A stretch of DNA of 64,000 bases from Waterburya sp. GTDB taxonomy: Bacteria > Cyanobacteriota > Cyanobacteriia > Cyanobacteriales > Xenococcaceae. Positions 59,528 to 64,000 of the stretch are shown piece after piece. The position numbers and the translations under genes are program-made. Location: assembly GCA_965217895.1 (NCBI GenBank), contig CBDCJV010000002.1, forward strand, positions 1,120,001 to 1,184,000. Reading direction: 5' to 3'. The number at the start of each line of letters is the position of its first letter. The stretch's first letter is position 1. Below the pieces are notes generated by a model. It made no database searches and was not told where the DNA came from. It saw only the letters and a list, made by a program, of their open reading frames with translations.

Positions 59528-59702
59528 ATAATGAATTTTGCAATCTAGCGAACCACTTTAGCGAACCATTGTTAGTATATCGATATTTATCAGTTAGGTT
59601 TCAAGGACACATTTTTATTTTTGGGGGAAATAAGGCTATTTTGCCGATAGAAAGCAGGATATTTTTTCTCGTTCCCTCTTTATCTTGCTTTCTTCCTAAA
59701 TA

Positions 59703-61241
59703 ATGTTAATCACCGATCATCTTTTACTAAACTATAAACGCTGCAATCGTCGCACCTATCTAGAAATATACGGCAATCGGCAACAAAAAGATCCAGAGAA
59801 AGATTTTTTGCAGAAGTTAAAACGAGAAAATCGAACTCACATTGCTAATGTTACTAAAGAGCGATCGCTTGAATGTCAAAAGCCAGAGACATCAAGAAAA
59901 GATTGGCAGTTAAATGGTCAACAAACTCTTGCTTTAATGGCGCAGGGAGTAGAATGTATTGCTCAAGGAAGTTTGAGCTTGACTTTTGCTCAGTGGCAAA
60001 CTGCTTTAGGAAACTACAATTTCTTAAGTAGAATACAAGATGATCTCTACGGCTTTTTAACAGAAATAACCTTTGTTGCTACGCCAAGTTTACTGATTAA
60101 ACAGCCAGGAAAATCTAAATTTGGCGACTGGGAATATTTACCAGTTAGTATTAAGCTTGGTCGTCGAGCCAAACCAGAATATAAGTTAATTAGTGCCTTT
60201 CATGCTCAAATTCTGGGCATTATTCAATCAGCAATTCCTGCTTATTGCCAGCTAATTCTCAAGGAGCATAACGATTACTATATTAACCTCGATCATTGGC
60301 TGATTAAGATGCAGCATGAGGTGGCTGATTGCTTGGTTATGTTAGCTCAAAAACAGAAGCCCGAAGTATTTATTTCTCGTCAAAAGTGTAGTCTCTGTAG
60401 CTGGTATGGCTATTGCCATAAAGTAGCAAAGTCAACCAATCATTTGTCTTTAGTACCTGGAGTAACCCCAAAACGCTATGAGTATATGCAGTCAATTGGA
60501 GTTGACAGCGTTGAGTCTTTGATGAACGTTTCAGAAACAAGCTTAGGCGAAACTCTTACTGCTAGTGTAGCAAGACAAATAAAACAGCAGATTACTGCTC
60601 TACAAAGCGATCGCCCTTTGGTAAATTCTAGTTTCGATCTGCTTAATACTCAACCTATCCCTAGCGGTGCGATCGAGCTATATTTTGATATTGAAGCTGA
60701 ACCAGAACGCCAAATTGACTATTTGTTAGGAGTTCTGCTAGTAGATCGAAGCACCAACACCGAGAGCTTCTATGCTTTTGTAGCCGAAGATCCAGCCGAT
60801 GAAAAGAAAATATGGCAGCAGTTTTTAAACTTTATCTCTTTATATCCTGATGCACCTATTTTTCATTACTCTGAATATGAAGTAGATACAATCAAGCGTT
60901 TAGCTCGACTTTACGATACGCCCAAAGCTAATACCAAAGAAATATTATCTCGCTTAGTCGATCTTCATTTCTGGGTAACTAAAACAGTAATTTTACCCGT
61001 AGAAAGTTATTCCTTGAAAGCCTTGGCTAACTGGATTGGTTTTTATTGGCGAGAAACTCAGGGCAGTGGGGATCAATCAGTCTGCTGGTACGATCGGTGG
61101 TTAAGCACTCAAGATCGAGCTTGGCTAGAATTAATTTTAAGCTACAACGAAGATGATTGTCGCGCAACTCGCCATCTCAAAGACTGGCTTTTAGATTTTT
61201 TGGAGTATCAAAGAAACCAGCAAATTGCAGTTAACAAGTAG
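59703..61241 (+). CDS. TM0106-family RecB-like / RNase H-like nuclease
   Basis: Y.RC.RR N-terminus, CSLC.W...C cluster, FDIE, FHYS.YE, DL, SYSLK, YNEDDC.AT. Confidence 0.88.
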   Translation: MLITDHLLLNYKRCNRRTYLEIYGNRQQKDPEKDFLQKLKRENRTHIANVTKERSLECQKPETSRKDWQLNGQQTLALMAQGVECIAQGSLSLTFAQWQTALGNYNFLSRIQDDLYGFLTEITFVATPSLLIKQPGKSKFGDWEYLPVSIKLGRRAKPEYKLISAFHAQILGIIQSAIPAYCQLILKEHNDYYINLDHWLIKMQHEVADCLVMLAQKQKPEVFISRQKCSLCSWYGYCHKVAKSTNHLSLVPGVTPKRYEYMQSIGVDSVESLMNVSETSLGETLTASVARQIKQQITALQSDRPLVNSSFDLLNTQPIPSGAIELYFDIEAEPERQIDYLLGVLLVDRSTNTESFYAFVAEDPADEKKIWQQFLNFISLYPDAPIFHYSEYEVDTIKRLARLYDTPKANTKEILSRLVDLHFWVTKTVILPVESYSLKALANWIGFYWRETQGSGDQSVCWYDRWLSTQDRAWLELILSYNEDDCRATRHLKDWLLDFLEYQRNQQIAVNK

Positions 61242-61533
61242 GATCGCTAGATTGAGGCTGAATAGTATTAAATATTCTGTAAAAACAACAAAGGAAAAGT
61301 TATATTAAGATGTTTTACAATATTCGTAATTGACTCATAATTCACAAAATTATACGGGGATCATACGCTAGATTATGAGAGTGAAAGATAAATAATCTTT
61401 ATTGAATTAATAAGTAAAGTTTATTTTAGATTCACTAATTACGGTCTGGACTTTGATAATCCTGGCAGTGATTATTTTTATTTTCCTCTGTGTAACCAAC
61501 AGAGTGATGTTCAACCTAACTTGTGTGATAACT

Positions 61534-61755
61534 ATGTTTCCTCTTTTATTATTTGTTACCGCTTTAGTTAGTGTCGTTATTTATCTCCGCACCAATAACG
61601 ATATTTTTGCCCTGCTAGGGGCAGGCATGACCATAACTTGTCTAATTTGGGGCTTGGTGATTGCCCATTGGTCAATTCATATTTTGGCTTTACTAACATT
61701 GTTATTCATCGGTAAACCAGTAGCAGTGGCTACGGTTGAGTCTCGTTACAAATAA
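61534..61755 (+). CDS. Small 3-TM hypothetical protein
   Basis: CLIWGLVIAHWSIHIL hydrophobic pattern; ATG 61534 preferred over the TTG at 61453. Confidence 0.55.
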   Translation: MFPLLLFVTALVSVVIYLRTNNDIFALLGAGMTITCLIWGLVIAHWSIHILALLTLLFIGKPVAVATVESRYK

Positions 61756-61920
61756 AATAGGCTTAAGGTGAATTAGCTTCGTTCAGATTCATTAGTTTAG
61801 AGCTTCTTAGCTATCAGCTTTTAGCCATTAGCTTCTGAAAATTACTCAGACTTATAAATATATAGGACACGGTTTTTTAAGCGATAAATCTGCAAAAATA
61901 AGGGTAGGTTTATCGCTTTT

Positions 61921-63081
61921 TTGCTTGAGAATATTTTGACAAATCCCTATACTTGGCTCGATAAATCCTTAACCACTATTCATCGAGCAAATTGGTATCG
62001 TTCGGTAAAGGCGATCGCCGGTAAACCAGGAGCAATAGTAGAATTATCAGGTAAGCCTGTGGTCAACTTTGCCAGTAACGATTACTTAGGTTTAGCAGGT
62101 GACTCTAGACTAATTCAAGCTGCGGTAGATGCTACTCAAGCTTATGGCACGGGTAGTACGGGTTCTAGGTTACTTAGTGGGCATAAAGAATTACACCAAG
62201 AATTAGAAATAGCGATCGCTTCACTTAAGCAAACCGAAGACGCTTTGGTGTTTAGTTCTGGCTATTTAGCTAACCTCGGTACGGTAGCAGCCTTAGTTGG
62301 GCAAAGAGATTTGATTTTAGGGGATCGATATAATCACTCCAGCCTGAAAAAAGGAGCAATTTTAAGTGGGGCAACGGCAATTGATTATCAGCATAACGAT
62401 GTTGTTGACTTGCGCCAAAAGCTAGAAGCCAACCGCAGCCTATATCGTCGCTGTCTAATTAATACCGACAGTGTATTTAGTATGGATGGGGATTTGTGTC
62501 CCTTGCCTGAGTTGATGGCGATCGCCGATGAATTTGAGTGTATGCTTTTAGTAGATGAAGCCCACGGCACAGGAGTTTTGGGCAATAGTGGTGCTGGCTG
62601 CGTAGAACATTTTAACTGCACGGGCAAAGAATTGATTCAAATTGGCACTCTTAGTAAAGCTTTAGGCAGTTTAGGGGGATACGTGGCAGGAAGTGCGGTT
62701 TTAATTGACTTTTTACGTAATCGTGCAGCAAGCTGGATTTACACCACCGCTTTATCTCCCGCCGATACCGCAGCAGCGATCGCAGCTATCAAAATAGTTA
62801 AACAAGAACCAGATCGACGTAGACAACTATGGCAAAACATTAACTATCTGAAGCACCAGCTATCAGGCTTGAAGCTTTTACCTTCAGAGTCGCCTATTCT
62901 TTGTATGACTCTTGATACTCCAGAAGCAGCCTTAAACAAAGCCCAACAGCTTATGGATGCTGGCATCTTTGCTCCTGCTATTCGTCCTCCCACCGTACCA
63001 ACCAGCCGTATCCGCCTGTCTTTAATGGCGACTCACGAGCGATCGCATTTGGATTTAGTAATTAATAATCTCAAAAATTAA
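61921..63081 (+). CDS. bioF: 8-amino-7-oxononanoate synthase
   Basis: [53 protein letters not shown]. Confidence 0.95.
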   Translation: MLENILTNPYTWLDKSLTTIHRANWYRSVKAIAGKPGAIVELSGKPVVNFASNDYLGLAGDSRLIQAAVDATQAYGTGSTGSRLLSGHKELHQELEIAIASLKQTEDALVFSSGYLANLGTVAALVGQRDLILGDRYNHSSLKKGAILSGATAIDYQHNDVVDLRQKLEANRSLYRRCLINTDSVFSMDGDLCPLPELMAIADEFECMLLVDEAHGTGVLGNSGAGCVEHFNCTGKELIQIGTLSKALGSLGGYVAGSAVLIDFLRNRAASWIYTTALSPADTAAAIAAIKIVKQEPDRRRQLWQNINYLKHQLSGLKLLPSESPILCMTLDTPEAALNKAQQLMDAGIFAPAIRPPTVPTSRIRLSLMATHERSHLDLVINNLKN

Positions 63082-63159
63082 ATTAATAAACTGATATATG
63101 GTCATTCCAATTAATTTTCTTATGGTATTTTTGTATTGATTGTAAGGTTGAATATTATT

Positions 63160-63208
63160 TGCTACCTGCTACCTGCTACCTGCTACCTGCTACTTGCTAC
63201 TTGCTACT
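63160..63208. repeat. Heptamer tandem repeat TGCTAC(C/T) x7 (STRR-type)
   Basis: Seen directly; overlaps the 3' end of the C39 gene. Confidence 0.9.
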
Positions 63209-64000
63209 TTTTTCAAAGATAATCTGGTTGCTATTTAAAACGACTATAGCTTCCCCAAACCAATATCCATTGAGATCGTTAAAGGTTTTAATTTGCATAC
63301 CTTCTAGGGGATTTCCAATCAAAATCAACTTTCGCTCTGGGTTGATAGATAACAGCGCAACGGCATGAGAAAATCTAACGCCTTTACCTGTTTTGCTTTT
63401 TTCTTTGACGTGCATCAAAGCGGGTTTATTTGCAGCAATTAGGTCATCAATGGTTAAATTATGACGATACTGGGGATTTAAATCCAACTTTTCCATTGTC
63501 CTAATTTCTGAGAGAGTTGTAGTGCCAAAACGATTGGTTTTCGTAATCTTGGCTACCTCTTGCTCAGTTATGTTAGGGTGTCTTTTAGTGTAGCGAGCTA
63601 GGGTAGCAATAGTAGAAGGAGCGCAAGTATAGGGAGTTGTTTGAATGACAACATTGTCGATAATTTTGGGTTGAGCAACCAAAGCTTGAACAGGCTGAAG
63701 AAAAAAGAGCAGAATGCTCAGGGCAAAAGCGATCGCACCCAAAGCAACCAATAATTGAGCTATCTGTTGTCTCGAACGTTTACCAGAAAGTTCTAAGAGC
63801 AACAATAAACCCAAAAAGAAACAGCCTAAGCCCACAATAGCCTCATTAAAATAACCCGCCAAATAGATCAAAAGCATAGGCGGAAAAATTTTAGGTAAGA
63901 GGGGAGCAAGATTAAATTTATCTAAGACAATTAATAAACCGAGCAAAGGTGCGATCGCCATTAACAACCATACCAAAGGCTTTTGATAGTTTTTTAAAGC
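63197..64000 (-). CDS. Membrane protein with C-terminal peptidase C39-like domain; 5' end outside window
   Basis: TMs then QTTPYTCAP (Gln/Cys), FGTT, HAVAL (His), IGNP; frame open to the window edge. Confidence 0.78.
   Translation of the reverse strand, partial: ALKNYQKPLVWLLMAIAPLLGLLIVLDKFNLAPLLPKIFPPMLLIYLAGYFNEAIVGLGCFFLGLLLLLELSGKRSRQQIAQLLVALGAIAFALSILLFFLQPVQALVAQPKIIDNVVIQTTPYTCAPSTIATLARYTKRHPNITEQEVAKITKTNRFGTTTLSEIRTMEKLDLNPQYRHNLTIDDLIAANKPALMHVKEKSKTGKGVRFSHAVALLSINPERKLILIGNPLEGMQIKTFNDLNGYWFGEAIVVLNSNQIIFEKSSK

Noticed and set aside
59703..61241. Cas4-like gene or CRISPR system
   Set aside because: No repeat-spacer array or other cas genes in the window; the architecture fits TM0106
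63159..63368. ORF MLPATCYLLPATCY...
   Set aside because: Translation of the heptamer repeat, antisense to the C39 gene

Overview
A 64-kb chromosomal window from an AT-rich cyanobacterium. The evidence is psbA, many HIP1 GCGATCGC octamers and heptamer STRR repeats; Pleurocapsales-like affinity is my inference only. Most genes are housekeeping or stress genes: PBP1A, pyrE, a CAT-anticodon tRNA, egtD, frmA, menE, a Tab2-family gene, a ManR-like regulator, LysR/pirin, psbA, GST, two rbp paralogues, a C-S lyase and bioF. There are also many two-component and c-di-GMP signalling genes. The standout is a ~12.5-kb minus-strand Wzx/Wzy-type polysaccharide locus (38512-51076) with a sulfotransferase and a membrane-anchored GH-A clan glycoside hydrolase. 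Its polysaccharide co-polymerase (Wzz/GumC-like) lacks the usual tyrosine kinase and instead carries an intact N-terminal response-regulator receiver domain, suggesting direct phospho-Asp control of sulfated EPS export or chain length. Other notable items are a complete 111-bp MITE with a target-site duplication, tiny HIP1-targeted or STRR-nested repeat elements (two apparently inserted in frame in enzymes), an unannotated 42-aa membrane ORF, and a small basic protein behind a cold-box rbp gene. I saw no CRISPR array, rRNA, prophage or intact transposase. All calls come from motif recognition by eye; no database searches were run.
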